Source of the DNA: Actinomycetota bacterium
GTDB taxonomy: Bacteria; Actinomycetota; Acidimicrobiia; Acidimicrobiales; JACCXE01
DNA: 47,599 bases
Direction of reading: 5' to 3'
NCBI GenBank assembly: GCA_041166285.1
Contig: JBEEFR010000179.1
Coordinates: forward strand, 1-47,599
In this document: positions 1 to 10,017 of the stretch, one piece after another
How positions within the stretch are numbered: the stretch's first letter is position 1
Layout of the letters: every line of letters starts with the position of its first letter
Made by a program: the position numbers and the translations under genes
Notes under the pieces: generated by a model
Databases searched by the model: none
Told to the model about the DNA's origin: nothing
The model's input: the letters and a program-made list of their open reading frames with translations, nothing else

Positions 1-327
1 ACCTTCCAACACGTTGAGCAACCCGATGATGTTCACTTCGGCGTCAAACACGGGATCGTTCACTGACACGCGCACGTCAATCTGCGCTGCGAGGTGCACG
101 ACGATGTCCGGCGCGCGCCGTTCCATCAGCGTGACCGTGTCTCGCGAGCGAACGTCGAGGTGATGGATCTTCAACGCGCCTTGTGCGCGCGCCCGGGCCT
201 CCGCGAGGTTGGTCAACTTGCCGTGTGACAGGTCGTCGATGACGTCGACTTCGTGGTCCTCGGCCAGCAGTCGATCCACGAGGTTCGACCCGACGAAACC
301 GGCGCCGCCCGTGACCAGGTAACGCAT
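1..327 (-). CDS. NAD-dependent epimerase/dehydratase (UDP-glucose 4-epimerase-like), N-terminal part only; C-terminal part lies beyond the window
   Basis: Own translation of the minus strand from ATG (327-325): MRYLVTGGAGFVGSNLVDRLLAEDHEVDVIDDLSHGKLTNL... This carries the extended-SDR Rossmann motif TGGAGFxGS. The ATG directly abuts the stop (328-330) of the upstream gene. It is absent from the ORF track because it runs off the window. Confidence 0.8.
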   Translation of the reverse strand, partial: MRYLVTGGAGFVGSNLVDRLLAEDHEVDVIDDLSHGKLTNLAEARARAQGALKIHHLDVRSRDTVTLMERRAPDIVVHLAAQIDVRVSVNDPVFDAEVNIIGLLNVLEG

Positions 328-1254
328 CTACTCCACAGTCCCGCCGGAAACCTCGGCACCGTCGGCAACCGTCGCCGCGGGCCCCACCACCGCGTACTCG
401 CGCACTGACGCCCGGACACCCACGCTGGCGCACGGACCGATGATCGAGCGGTCGACGACGGCGTTGGGGCCGATGCGCGCGTGATCGAGCACCACCGAGT
501 CCGTGATCACCGCGGACGGGTCGACCTTGGCCGTCGGATCGATCACCGACATGCCGGCGACGTCGAGGTTCGCCTGGATATATGCGACGGGGTTCCCGAT
601 GTCGATCCAGTAGCCGTCGACGGCCGCGGCGAACAGCGTGCCGTTCGCAACCATCGCGGGGAAGACCTCGCGCTCGACCGACACCCGTCTGCCTCGCTCG
701 ATGACGTCGAGCGCCTCAGGCTCCATGACGTAGATCCCGGCGTTGATCAGATTCGTCGGCGCGGTGCCCGCGGGCGGTTTCTCGATGAACGCCGTGACAC
801 GCCCGTCGGCTTCGGTGACGACGACGCCGAAACGCGACGGGTCTTCGACGGGAGTCAACCCGATTGTCGTCAACGCGCCCCAGGCGTCGTGATTGGCAAC
901 CAGCGCGCTGAAGTCCATGTCGGTGACGACGTCGGAGTTCACGACGAGGAAGCGACCGTCGATGCCGCCCTCGTCGGCTGCGTACGCGATCGCGCCGCCG
1001 GTGTCGAGTGGTTCGTCTTCGACGACGTAGCGCACGCGGACACCCGCGCACTCACCATCGGGATAGGCCGCCAAAAACGCGTCGGCCTTGTAGCCCATCG
1101 ACAAGATGACCTCGTCGACACCGTGCGCCGCCAGATGGCCGACCGAGCGTTCCAGCATCGGCACGCCCGCGACGGGCAGCAGTTGCTTGGGGGTCGTATA
1201 GGTCAGCGGCCGAAGTCGCGTGCCCTCGCCACCGACGAGGACGATCGCTTTCAC
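328..1254 (-). CDS. Sugar-1-phosphate nucleotidylyltransferase (mannose-1-phosphate guanylyltransferase-like) with C-terminal left-handed beta-helix
   Basis: N-terminus (M)KAIVLVGGEGTRLRPLTYTTPKQLLPV is the NTP_transferase signature. The C-terminus has hexapeptide-like repeats. The GTG start at 1254 overlaps the upstream stop (GTGA). Confidence 0.85.
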   Translation of the reverse strand: MKAIVLVGGEGTRLRPLTYTTPKQLLPVAGVPMLERSVGHLAAHGVDEVILSMGYKADAFLAAYPDGECAGVRVRYVVEDEPLDTGGAIAYAADEGGIDGRFLVVNSDVVTDMDFSALVANHDAWGALTTIGLTPVEDPSRFGVVVTEADGRVTAFIEKPPAGTAPTNLINAGIYVMEPEALDVIERGRRVSVEREVFPAMVANGTLFAAAVDGYWIDIGNPVAYIQANLDVAGMSVIDPTAKVDPSAVITDSVVLDHARIGPNAVVDRSIIGPCASVGVRASVREYAVVGPAATVADGAEVSGGTVE

Positions 1255-1970
1255 GGCGTGGTCGTGGCCGTCTCGTCAGGCACCGACGTGCTCTCCGTCG
1301 GTTGTTGGGTCGCGGGCTGCAAGTCACCCGGGTTGGGCAGCGTGGCGGCCGACGGCGGCTGCGTCGCCTTGAAGCCCTTGGGGTTGAAGCTGATGGTGAT
1401 CAACTGCCCGTTCTTGATCCGCCAGTCAGAAGGATCGCCCGACATCTTCGTGCCCTTCGTGTCCTTCAGGTTCTTGAACACGTACCAGGTCAGTTCGCCC
1501 GGCTTCTTGCCGCACTTGTCGCCGTCCTTGAACTTCTCGCCCTTGCGCTTCAAGTTGACGGAGTTGCTGCTCACCGTCGCGCCGGTGTCGGTCATCAGCT
1601 TGCCGAACGTCGCGCTCTTGCCGGCAGTGGTGCTGTCGAACGGGTGAGTGTGCACGAGACCGTCGCCGTGGGTGTGGATGCCGTGCTGGTCGCCGGCGGG
1701 GCCGTCGACCAACGGCTCGGCCCACTTGCCGCACAAGTTGAAGCCGTACGCCGCGTGCCAGTGGTCCTTGTTCGCGACGGGCGCGATCGTCGACGCGCTG
1801 GCCTCGTTGTCGCCGAGATTCTTCGACGCGGTGAACACGCCGAACACGCCGAGTACGACGACGACGAACAGCGCGCTGTACCACATGACCGGCGTCTTCC
1901 GGCCGGCGGTGCGGCCACCTCCGGTCGCCGCCGCGCGGTTGACCTTCTTTGCTTGCGATGCCTTACCCAT
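1251..1970 (-). CDS. Membrane-anchored His-rich protein of unknown function (putative metal-binding ectodomain)
   Basis: Basic N-terminus followed by one TM helix (VMWYSALFVVVVLGVFGVFTA). His clusters HWHAAYGFNLCG and HGIHTHGDGLVHTHPF. Pro/Thr-rich tail. Translationally coupled to the downstream nucleotidyltransferase. Confidence 0.6.
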   Translation of the reverse strand: MGKASQAKKVNRAAATGGGRTAGRKTPVMWYSALFVVVVLGVFGVFTASKNLGDNEASASTIAPVANKDHWHAAYGFNLCGKWAEPLVDGPAGDQHGIHTHGDGLVHTHPFDSTTAGKSATFGKLMTDTGATVSSNSVNLKRKGEKFKDGDKCGKKPGELTWYVFKNLKDTKGTKMSGDPSDWRIKNGQLITISFNPKGFKATQPPSAATLPNPGDLQPATQQPTESTSVPDETATTTP

Positions 1971-1984
1971 AGCGGGGAGTGACC

Positions 1985-2524
1985 CTACTGCGTGGTCGTG
2001 GTGTCGCTGGTGTCAGCGCCCGGCGCGGGCGTCGGCAAGGGTTCGAACGGGATCCGCACGTCCGGGCGAGGAATTTCCTTGAATCCGCACACCTTCCAGC
2101 TGCCGGTCTTGTTCGTCATGCGAGCCTCGTACCAGCGGTAGGTGTTGTGGTATTGGATCGTGTAGCTGACGGTCTCGTCGCCGTCGGCGAGCTTCTTGCG
2201 CGAACCCATGCGGTGACGGATAACGCCCCCGAAGTTCTGTCGCTCCCGCGCAACCTGCGTGGCGAACTCCGACTTCGACGGCGACGACGAACTCGCGCAC
2301 AGCCGTGCATACGCCGCGGCGGTGTCGCCCTCTTGTACGGCCGTGAGGTACGTGTCGAGCACGGCCTTGGGGCTGTTGTCGTCGCCTCCTTGTGAGCGCA
2401 CGACGAGGCTCGCGACGAGCGCCACGACGGCGGCGACGACGAGGAGGGGAAGCAACCAGCGCCAGCGGCGGCGCGGCACTGCGTCCTGGCGCCCGAGTAA
2501 CGGCGTGTCTGTGGCGTCGCTCAT
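1985..2524 (-). CDS. Membrane-anchored hypothetical protein
   Basis: Start taken at ATG 2524-2522 (MSDATDTPLL...), which forms an ATGA overlap with the stop of the GT2 gene. One TM helix (WRWLLPLLVVAAVVALVASLVV), then a small soluble domain and a Thr/Pro tail. The track ORF 1985..2635 has a longer, unsupported N-terminus. Confidence 0.55.
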   Translation of the reverse strand: MSDATDTPLLGRQDAVPRRRWRWLLPLLVVAAVVALVASLVVRSQGGDDNSPKAVLDTYLTAVQEGDTAAAYARLCASSSSPSKSEFATQVARERQNFGGVIRHRMGSRKKLADGDETVSYTIQYHNTYRWYEARMTNKTGSWKVCGFKEIPRPDVRIPFEPLPTPAPGADTSDTTTTQ

Positions 2525-3375
2525 GAGTGCTGCAACATTCGCACGATCGCGGACACCACGAACCGCACCCCCAAGCCCGCGGCGACGAACGGCGCCAGGG
2601 CGCGGACCGGCCACCGATGCGACGTCCACCACCATCGCAGCACCGAGCGGTGGTGCTCGGCGAGCATGCGGTACGGGAGTTGCTTCGTCGAGACGCCGCC
2701 GACGTGCACGACTTGCGCTGACGGGTCATAGCCCACCGCCGCACCGGCGAGGCCGGCGCGGTGACACAAGTCGATGTCCTCGAGGTACATGAAGTAGTTC
2801 TCGTTGAACCCGCGCAGGCGCTCGAACAGGTCGCGCCGGATGGCGAAGCAGGCGCCGGAAACCCAGTCGACCCGGCGCGCCGTGGCGTGGTCCCAGTCGA
2901 GCATGCGGTATCGACGCGTGAAGCGGTTGGTCGGCATCGCCAGCCCGATGAAGGCGTGACCGACGGCGTCGATCGTCCGCGGGACGACGCGCGCCGATGG
3001 GTAGAGCGTGCCGTCGACGTTGTCTATCCGCGGCCCGACGATGCCGAGTTCTGCGTCGGCGTCGAGCGCGGCCGCCAGCGCTTTGATCGACCCGGGCTCG
3101 ACCGTGACGTCGGAGTTGCAGATCACGAGCACGTCGACGTCCGCCGACACTGCCGCCGCGCCCCGGTTGACGTTGGCGCCGTAGCCGAGGTTGCCGCCGG
3201 TTTCGACGACGACGACGTCAGCGTCGGCGTGCCGTAGCGCCTCGAGCGACCCGTCGGTGCTCGCGTTGTCGGCGACGACGATCTCGTTCACGTCGGCCGC
3301 GCGCAGCGAGCGCACGCAGTCGACCAAGTACGCGCCGGCGTTGTAGTTGACGATTACGGCGGCGACGCGGGTCAC
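2521..3375 (-). CDS. Family 2 glycosyltransferase (WbbL-like rhamnosyltransferase candidate)
   Basis: (V->M)TRVAAVIVNYNAGAYLVDCVRSL...VVADNASTDGS...YLEDIDLCHRA is a typical GT2 fold with the ED/DxD region. The GTG start abuts the stop of the upstream UXS gene. It sits in a dTDP-rhamnose locus. Confidence 0.8.
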   Translation of the reverse strand: MTRVAAVIVNYNAGAYLVDCVRSLRAADVNEIVVADNASTDGSLEALRHADADVVVVETGGNLGYGANVNRGAAAVSADVDVLVICNSDVTVEPGSIKALAAALDADAELGIVGPRIDNVDGTLYPSARVVPRTIDAVGHAFIGLAMPTNRFTRRYRMLDWDHATARRVDWVSGACFAIRRDLFERLRGFNENYFMYLEDIDLCHRAGLAGAAVGYDPSAQVVHVGGVSTKQLPYRMLAEHHRSVLRWWWTSHRWPVRALAPFVAAGLGVRFVVSAIVRMLQHS

Positions 3376-4308
3376 TTACGGCAGGATGCGGCGGAAATAG
3401 TCCGCGGTGCGCTCGAGCCCATCGCGCAACTCGATGGTCGGTTCCCATCCGAGGATTTCGCGCGCCAGGGTGATGTCGGGACGGCGCTGCATCGGGTCGT
3501 CGACGGGCAACGGCACGTGCACGATCTTCGAGTCGCTTCCCGTCACCTCTTTCGTGATCTCGGCGAACTCGTTGACGGTGTACTCCGACGGATTACCGAT
3601 GTTGACGGGTCCGACGTAGTCGGAGTCGAGCAGCGCGAGCAGACCGCGTACCTCGTCGTCGATGAAACAAAAGCTGCGCGTCTGCTTGCCGTCCCCGTAG
3701 ATCGTCAACGGCTGGCCCGTGAGCGCCTGCACCACGAGGTTCGTGACGACGCGGCCGTCGTCGGGGCGCATTCGATTGCCGTACGTATTGAAAATTCGCG
3801 CCACCCGGACGTCGACGCCGTGGGCGCGGTGGTAGGCGAAGGTCATCGCCTCGGCGAAGCGCTTCGCCTCGTCGTACACACCGCGAGGACCGATGGGATT
3901 CACGTGGCCCCAGTACGTCTCGGGCTGGGGGTGCACCTGCGGGTCGCCGTACACCTCGCTCGTCGAGGCCAGGAAGAAGCGCGCACCCTTGTCCTTGGCC
4001 AATCCGAGCATGTGGTGCGTGCCGAGGCTTCCCACCTTGAGGATCTGGATCGGAATGCGCTCGAAATCGGCCGGGCTGGCGGGGCTGGCGAAATGGAGGA
4101 CGGCGTCGACCTTGCCCGGGACGTGCACGTAGGTGCTCACGTCGTGACGCATAAACGTAAAGGCTGCGTCGGCGAACAGCTCTTCGATGTTGGCGATGTT
4201 GCCGGTGAGCAAGTTGTCGATGGCGATCACTTCATCGCCGCGGCCCAACAGCGCGCGACACAGATGTGACCCGATGAAGCCGGCACCCCCAGTGACGACG
4301 ACGCGCAT
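3376..4308 (-). CDS. UDP-glucuronate decarboxylase (UDP-xylose synthase-like SDR)
   Basis: [17 protein letters not shown]...STSEVYGDP...YDEAKR...[15 protein letters not shown]...[11 protein letters not shown] match the UXS/ArnA-decarboxylase-type extended SDR motifs (YxxxK present). Confidence 0.85.
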   Translation of the reverse strand: MRVVVTGGAGFIGSHLCRALLGRGDEVIAIDNLLTGNIANIEELFADAAFTFMRHDVSTYVHVPGKVDAVLHFASPASPADFERIPIQILKVGSLGTHHMLGLAKDKGARFFLASTSEVYGDPQVHPQPETYWGHVNPIGPRGVYDEAKRFAEAMTFAYHRAHGVDVRVARIFNTYGNRMRPDDGRVVTNLVVQALTGQPLTIYGDGKQTRSFCFIDDEVRGLLALLDSDYVGPVNIGNPSEYTVNEFAEITKEVTGSDSKIVHVPLPVDDPMQRRPDITLAREILGWEPTIELRDGLERTADYFRRILP

Positions 4309-4312
4309 CTGC

Positions 4313-5584
4313 TTACAGCCGACCGATCGCGTCGTACGTGAACCCGTGACGGCGCACGGCCGCAGGGTCGAGCAGGTTGCGAGCGTCGACCAAGTTCGCG
4401 CTCGCCATCACCGCGCGCACCTTCGCCAAGTCGAGGAAGCGGAATTCTTCCCACTCGGTGAGCACCGCGAGCGCGGACGCACCTTCCGCCGCTGCGTAGG
4501 CGTCGTCGCACACCGTGATCCCGTCGAGCTGGCGTTGCACCATCGGATCGAACGCCTGAACCTTCGCGCCGCGCGCCAACAGCCGGTCGATGACGAACAG
4601 CGACGGCGACTCGCGCGTGTCGTCGGTGCGCGCCTTGAAGGTGAGGCCCCACACGGCGATCGTCTTGCCCTCGAGCGACCCGCCCGCAGCGAACGCGATC
4701 TTGTCGGCGACGCGCTCGTACTGCTCGTCGTTCACCGCGACGACGCTGTGCAACAGATCGAACCCGTAGCCGCGGTCCTCGGCCATGTGAATCAGCGCCC
4801 GCGTATCTTTCGGAAAACACGAACCACCCCAACCAGGACCGGGGCGAAGGAACTCGAAGCCGATGCGCTTGTCTTGGCCCATACCGAGGGCGACGTCTTT
4901 GATGTCGGCGCCGACGAGTTCGCAGAAGTGCGCGACGGCGTTGATGAACGAAACCTTCGTCGCGAGGAACGCGTTGGCGACGTACTTGATCGTTTCCGCA
5001 GAGGCAGGGTCGGTCACGAGCACTTGCGCGTGAAGCGACTCGTACAACTCGGCGAGTCGCAGCGCCGCTTCCTGGTCGCTCGACCCGATGATGATGCGAT
5101 CGGGGTTCAGCGAGTCTTGGAGGGCCTGGCCCTCACGCAGGAATTCGGGGTTCGACACGACGACGACGTCGTCGCGGCCGAGCAGCGCGGCGACCCGAAG
5201 ATTCGAGCCGACGGGAACAGTCGACTTGTTGACGACGATGCTCTCCGGGCGCACGTGTGGCCCGATCTCGCGGGCGACGCCCTCGACGTAGGAGAGATCG
5301 GCCGAGCCGTCTTCGCCCTGAGGCGTCGGCAAGCACAGGAAGACGAAGTCGGCGTCGACAACGGCCGTCACCGCGCCGAGCACGAACCGCAAACGGCCCG
5401 CCTTCACGCCTTCCGCGACCATCTCGTCGAGCCCCGCTTCGTGGATGGGGATCTCGCCGCGGTTGAGCGCGTCGACCTTCTCCGGCAGCACGTCAGCGCA
5501 CACGACGTTGTGTCCGAGGTGTGCCAGATAGGCACCGGTTGTGAGCCCGACGTAGCCGGTGCCGATTACTGCAATGTCAGCCAT
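4313..5584 (-). CDS. ugd: UDP-glucose 6-dehydrogenase
   Basis: Start moved to ATG 5584-5582 ([14 protein letters not shown], Rossmann motif at the N-terminus). Catalytic-Cys region [10 protein letters not shown] is present. The track ORF adds 21 unsupported residues. Confidence 0.9.
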   Translation of the reverse strand: MADIAVIGTGYVGLTTGAYLAHLGHNVVCADVLPEKVDALNRGEIPIHEAGLDEMVAEGVKAGRLRFVLGAVTAVVDADFVFLCLPTPQGEDGSADLSYVEGVAREIGPHVRPESIVVNKSTVPVGSNLRVAALLGRDDVVVVSNPEFLREGQALQDSLNPDRIIIGSSDQEAALRLAELYESLHAQVLVTDPASAETIKYVANAFLATKVSFINAVAHFCELVGADIKDVALGMGQDKRIGFEFLRPGPGWGGSCFPKDTRALIHMAEDRGYGFDLLHSVVAVNDEQYERVADKIAFAAGGSLEGKTIAVWGLTFKARTDDTRESPSLFVIDRLLARGAKVQAFDPMVQRQLDGITVCDDAYAAAEGASALAVLTEWEEFRFLDLAKVRAVMASANLVDARNLLDPAAVRRHGFTYDAIGRL

Positions 5585-5604
5585 CGCCCCAAGGTTACGG
5601 GAGG

Positions 5605-6444
5605 TCAGGTGATGGCCTTCACCATGCGCGCCAACGGGACGTGCCACTCGTCGAGCGGAGCGAAGCCGGCGGCGCGCCAGGCGAAGTTGTCGAGCACCGA
5701 ATTTGCAGGACGCGCCGCGGGCGTCGGGTACTCAGCGGTGGTGATCGGCGTGATCCTCGACGAGTCATGTCCCGCCGCTTCGAGAATGGCGCGCGCGAAC
5801 CCGTACCACGTCGTCTCGCCCTGATTCGACAAGTGGAACACGCCAGGGAGACGGCCGACGGCGAGCTGTTTGATGGCAACCGCAAGGTCGGCGGTGAAGG
5901 AAGGGCAACCGCGCTGATCGTCGACGACACCCCATGTGTCGCGCTCGTTCGCCAGCCGCAGCATCGTCTTGACGAAGTTGTTGCCGTGCACGCCACATAC
6001 CCAACTCGTGCGCACGATGGCGCTCCCGGGATCGATCTCGCGCTCGCCCGCCAGCTTCGACGCGCCGTAGACGGAGGTCGGCTGCGTCGGATCCCACTCG
6101 CGGTAGGGCCCGTCTTTGGCGCCGTCGAAGACGTAGTCAGTTGACACGTAGACGACGTGTGCTCCGACACGACGCGCCGCTTCGGCAACGTTGCGCGTGC
6201 CGAACCCGTTGACGGCGAAGGCGTGGTCGGGATCGCCCTCGCACGCGTCGACGGCGGTCCACGCGCCCCCGTGAATAACCACGTCGGGTTCGAATCCGCC
6301 GATTGTCGCTAAGACGCTGTCACGATCGGCGAGATCCATCGACGCGTGCGTCGTTCCGACCACGTCGTACCGCGCGTCGCCCGAGAACTCCGAGACGAGG
6401 TCGTGGCCGAGTTGGCCCCCCGCCCCGGTAACGAGAACGCGCAT
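5605..6444 (-). CDS. rmlD: dTDP-4-dehydrorhamnose reductase
   Basis: MRVLVTGAGGQLGHDL...VYVSTDYVFDG...YGASKLAGE is the RmlD-type SDR pattern. It abuts the rmlB stop. Confidence 0.9.
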   Translation of the reverse strand: MRVLVTGAGGQLGHDLVSEFSGDARYDVVGTTHASMDLADRDSVLATIGGFEPDVVIHGGAWTAVDACEGDPDHAFAVNGFGTRNVAEAARRVGAHVVYVSTDYVFDGAKDGPYREWDPTQPTSVYGASKLAGEREIDPGSAIVRTSWVCGVHGNNFVKTMLRLANERDTWGVVDDQRGCPSFTADLAVAIKQLAVGRLPGVFHLSNQGETTWYGFARAILEAAGHDSSRITPITTAEYPTPAARPANSVLDNFAWRAAGFAPLDEWHVPLARMVKAIT

Positions 6445-7404
6445 CTAGTGGGCGTTCTTCAGCGGTTCCCACCACCAACGATTGTCGGCGTACCACTTGA
6501 CGGTCTCGTTGAGCGCCTCGTCCAGCGTGCGCTGTTTCTCCCACCCGAGCTGCGTGATCTTGGTGATGTCGACGGAGTAGCGACGGTCGTGGCCCTTGCG
6601 ATCCTCGACGTACTCGACCATCTCCTCGCCGGCGCCGTGAAGGGCGAGCAGCTTGTCGACGAGCACGCGGTTGGGCGTTTCGTTGCCGGCACCGATGTTG
6701 TAGATCTCGCCGTGGTTGCCCTTCTGCAGGACGAGGTGCACACCAGAGCAGTGATCGTCGACGAAGAGCCAATCACGCTCGTTCAAGCCGTCGCCGTAGA
6801 GCGGCAGCTTCTTGCCGTCGAGCAGGTTGGTGGTGAACAGCGGGATGACTTTCTCCGGGTACTGCCACGGCCCGAAGTTGTTGGTGCAGCGCGTCACCGT
6901 GACGGGGACGCCGTGCGTCGAGAAGTACGACAGCGCGATCAAGTCCGAGCCCGCCTTCGATGCCGAATACGGCGAGCGCGGTTCGAGCGGATCCGTTTCT
7001 TTCGACGAACCGGCTTCGACCGACCCGTACACCTCGTCGGTACCGATGTGAATGACACGGCCGATCTCGAGGCGCCGCGCCGTGTCCATCACGATGTTCG
7101 TGCCGAAGCAGTTCGTGTTGACGAAGTCGTCGGAGCCGACGATGGAACGGTCGACGTGGCTCTCGGCCGCGAAGTGCACGACGGCGTCGTGGCCGCGCAT
7201 TGCCTCTTCGAGGGACGCGGGGTCACAGATGTTGCCCTTGACGAAGTTGTAACGCGGGCTGTCGTCCACGTCCTTCAAGGTCGACAAGTTCCCGGCGTAG
7301 GTAAGCGCGTCGTAGACGGTGACTTCGTCGTCGGTGTTGTTGAACACCCAGCGCACGTAGTTGGAGCCGATGAACCCGGCCCCTCCGGTCACGAAGATCT
7401 TCAT
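6445..7404 (-). CDS. rmlB: dTDP-glucose 4,6-dehydratase
   Basis: [18 protein letters not shown]...HFAAESHVDRS...GTDEVYG...YSASKAGSD...CTNNFGPWQYPEKVIP are RmlB hallmark motifs. Confidence 0.93.
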   Translation of the reverse strand: MKIFVTGGAGFIGSNYVRWVFNNTDDEVTVYDALTYAGNLSTLKDVDDSPRYNFVKGNICDPASLEEAMRGHDAVVHFAAESHVDRSIVGSDDFVNTNCFGTNIVMDTARRLEIGRVIHIGTDEVYGSVEAGSSKETDPLEPRSPYSASKAGSDLIALSYFSTHGVPVTVTRCTNNFGPWQYPEKVIPLFTTNLLDGKKLPLYGDGLNERDWLFVDDHCSGVHLVLQKGNHGEIYNIGAGNETPNRVLVDKLLALHGAGEEMVEYVEDRKGHDRRYSVDITKITQLGWEKQRTLDEALNETVKWYADNRWWWEPLKNAH

Positions 7405-8285
7405 CAGGCGAACCTATCCGGGTCGGCGGCGACGGCCCGCAGGTAGTCGCCGTAGCGTGATTTGCCGAGCTTGTCGGCGAGCGTTGTCAGCTGGCCAAGG
7501 TCGATGAAGCCCTGCTGGTAGGCGATTTCCTCGAGGCATGCGATCTGTAGGCCCTGACGGTGGATGAGCGCCTGCACGAAGATTCCGGCCTCGATCAGAG
7601 AGTCGTGCGTTCCGGTGTCGAGCCACGCCGTGCCGCGGCCGAGCTTCACGAGGTTCAACGCGCCGCGTTCGAGATACACGCGGTTCACGTCGGTGATCTC
7701 GAGTTCGCCGCGCGCCGAGCGCGGCAGGTCCGCCGCGATGCCGACAACGTCGTTGTCGTAGAAGTACAGACCGGTCACTGCGAGGTTCGACCGCGGCTTC
7801 GCCGGCTTCTCTTCGATCGAGATCACCTGGCCGGTGGCGTCGACTTCGGCGACGCCGTAGCGCGCCGGGTCGTCGACCTTGTAGCCGAATACCGTGGCGC
7901 CCTTGAGCGAACTCACGGCGTTCTGCAGCAGGTCGCCGAGGCCGGGCGCGTGGAAAATGTTGTCGCCGAGCACGAGGCACACCGAGTCGCTGCCGACGAA
8001 GTCCTTGCCGATGATGAAGGCCTCGGCGAGTCCGCCGGGCGTCGGCTGCTCGGCGTAGGTGAACGACAGGCCGATCTCGTGGCCGTCACCCAGCAGCTGC
8101 TTGAACAGCGGCAGATCGTGCGGCGTCGAGATGATCAGGATGTCGCGGATGCCCGCCAGCATGAGCACCGACAGCGGGTAGTAGATCATCGGCTTGTCGT
8201 AAACCGGCAGTAGTTGCTTCGACACGCCGAGCGTGACGGGATGCAACCGCGTGCCGCTACCTCCGGCGAGGACGATGCCCTTCAT
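7404..8285 (-). CDS. rmlA: Glucose-1-phosphate thymidylyltransferase
   Basis: Real start is ATG 8285-8283 ([38 protein letters not shown]). The Arg-rich 250-aa N-terminal extension in track ORF 7404..9038 overlaps the LCP gene in another frame and is rejected. Confidence 0.93.
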   Translation of the reverse strand: MKGIVLAGGSGTRLHPVTLGVSKQLLPVYDKPMIYYPLSVLMLAGIRDILIISTPHDLPLFKQLLGDGHEIGLSFTYAEQPTPGGLAEAFIIGKDFVGSDSVCLVLGDNIFHAPGLGDLLQNAVSSLKGATVFGYKVDDPARYGVAEVDATGQVISIEEKPAKPRSNLAVTGLYFYDNDVVGIAADLPRSARGELEITDVNRVYLERGALNLVKLGRGTAWLDTGTHDSLIEAGIFVQALIHRQGLQIACLEEIAYQQGFIDLGQLTTLADKLGKSRYGDYLRAVAADPDRFA

Positions 8286-9955
8286 CAGCAGGCCAGCGCA
8301 CCGGCGCCGCGTGGCGTCGCCGCCGAATTCGTGGTCGTGACGGTCGTCGGCGGGACGCTCGACGCCGTGCTGTCGAGCGACGTGCGCACGCCACCGAAGC
8401 CCGCTCCGACGATGAGTTGGATGTCGCCGCCCTTGAGCGTGTTGTCGAGCACGAGCTTGGCGCCACCGACGATGTAGGCCTGCAACAGCTGTGCCTTCGG
8501 CAACTGCCCTGCGCCGTACCGGATCGACGACGTCGGGTTGTTGTACGTGTGCGCGTCGCCCGTCCCACCGGTACCGAATCCGGCGGCGGTCAGCTGGTGT
8601 TGCACCTGCCCGGCTTGGCCGTTGACGCCCGTCCCGTTGAGCACGAGGACGCGCACGGTGCCCGGCGGAATCTTCGGCACCGGGCCGTTCGACGTCGGCG
8701 CCTGACCGACGCCGTTGAAGCGGTTGATGATCGTCCGCGCCTCGGTTTCGCGCAGCTTGAGCACCGACGCGCCTCCGGCCGTGCGGAAGTCGTCGGTCGG
8801 AAGCGTGAGCATGTCGACCGCTTCGGGCTCGAGTGACTTGAAGCGCTTGCCGAGCCGCAACAAGTCTTTCGTCGACAGCGCGGAGTCGAGCTTCAGGTTG
8901 TTGATGCCCGCACCGATCAGCGCGTTGAGCTTGATCGGGTTCCGCGCCCCTTTGCTGATCGCCTTGCGCAACACGCGGCGGATGAAGTCCTGCTGGCGCT
9001 GGATGCGGCCGATGTCGCCCGTCGGGTCGCTGCGCCAATGGCCCGACTCGAAGTACTGGAAGTGGCGGCTGCGCACGTAACCGAGTGCTTGATCACCCGT
9101 GAGGTTGACGCAGCCGGCCGTCTTCACGTCGAGACCCGAGAACTTGTCGCGTGCCGGCGCCGGGAACGGCACGGTGACGCCGCCGACGGCGTTGACGATG
9201 GAACGGAAGCCGTTGAAGTCGACCTCCATGTAGTGGTCGATCTCGATGCCGAGGCTCTGACGGATCGTCGCGATCAGCCGTTCGGCACCGTCCTTAATCG
9301 CGGTGGACGACGTCGTCGGCGTGAGGCCTAAGGCATTGGTCGTCGTCGCCGTGCTGCGACCCAGCGTCGTCACCGCGTGCGCGCCGGTCGTCTTGACCAT
9401 GAACGCCGTGTTGATGCGCTCCCGGTAACCGACGCCCGCGATGGGCACCCACAAGTCACGAGGGATGGACAGGATCGACGCCTTTTCTGCCGTCGGGTCG
9501 ACGTGGAGCACCATCATCGTGTCGGTGCGCTCGCCGCCGACCAGGTCCTGGTCGCCGAACTTCGCCTCGTCGGCCTTGTTCTTGACGAAGGCACGGGTGT
9601 CGGAGCCGACGAGCAACACGTTCATCGGCTTGCCGGGGTCGTCGTCGCCGCAGTTGCGCAGCACCGTGCAACTGAAATGGATTTTGTCGAGCTGACCGAG
9701 ACGGAACTTGAGGTAGCCGTAACCGACGCCTGCGGTGAGCACGCACAAGCCGACGAAGATGTTGAGGCCGATGAGGACGCCGTGGAGCCCCCGATGCGCG
9801 TGGTGCTTGGGATCGCGCTTGACGGGTCCTGGGTCCGCCTCCGGAACCGGGACTTTCTTGGCGACCGGGCGGCGGGTGGCGCTGTGCGCGGGCGCGCGTT
9901 TCGACGCGCTGTGCTGTCGCGAAAGTTTCTTGCCCGGGACGGGAGGGATCGCCAT
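8285..9955 (-). CDS. LytR-CpsA-Psr (LCP) family cell-wall glycopolymer ligase with C-terminal LytR_C-like domain
   Basis: Cytoplasmic basic tail, one TM helix ([22 protein letters not shown]), and an LCP core ([10 protein letters not shown]...[11 protein letters not shown]...SIPRDLWV...[12 protein letters not shown]). The C-terminus carries [16 protein letters not shown]. Confidence 0.88.
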   Translation of the reverse strand: MAIPPVPGKKLSRQHSASKRAPAHSATRRPVAKKVPVPEADPGPVKRDPKHHAHRGLHGVLIGLNIFVGLCVLTAGVGYGYLKFRLGQLDKIHFSCTVLRNCGDDDPGKPMNVLLVGSDTRAFVKNKADEAKFGDQDLVGGERTDTMMVLHVDPTAEKASILSIPRDLWVPIAGVGYRERINTAFMVKTTGAHAVTTLGRSTATTTNALGLTPTTSSTAIKDGAERLIATIRQSLGIEIDHYMEVDFNGFRSIVNAVGGVTVPFPAPARDKFSGLDVKTAGCVNLTGDQALGYVRSRHFQYFESGHWRSDPTGDIGRIQRQQDFIRRVLRKAISKGARNPIKLNALIGAGINNLKLDSALSTKDLLRLGKRFKSLEPEAVDMLTLPTDDFRTAGGASVLKLRETEARTIINRFNGVGQAPTSNGPVPKIPPGTVRVLVLNGTGVNGQAGQVQHQLTAAGFGTGGTGDAHTYNNPTSSIRYGAGQLPKAQLLQAYIVGGAKLVLDNTLKGGDIQLIVGAGFGGVRTSLDSTASSVPPTTVTTTNSAATPRGAGALAC

Positions 9956-10017
9956 GGCCGGCGATAACGCTACTGGCCTATCCCCCCGTTTGGAGGATCA
10001 CCCAATAGCCTTGAACG

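Noticed and set aside
4187-5824. 545-aa plus-strand ORF.
   Set aside because: It is entirely antisense to ugd and rmlD, which have strong family motifs. Its Arg/Ala/Val/Asp/His-rich, low-complexity composition is typical of stop-free antisense frames in high-GC DNA.
8286-9038. Arg-rich N-terminal extension of the rmlA ORF (track ORF 7404..9038).
   Set aside because: The canonical RmlA N-terminus [14 protein letters not shown] begins at 8285, and the extension overlaps the LCP gene in another frame. Equivalent extensions were trimmed for these track ORFs:
- 13662..15329
- 17573..19111
- 21842..24172
- 25933..27246
- 28462..29604
- 33583..36018
- 35463..37145
- 4313..5647
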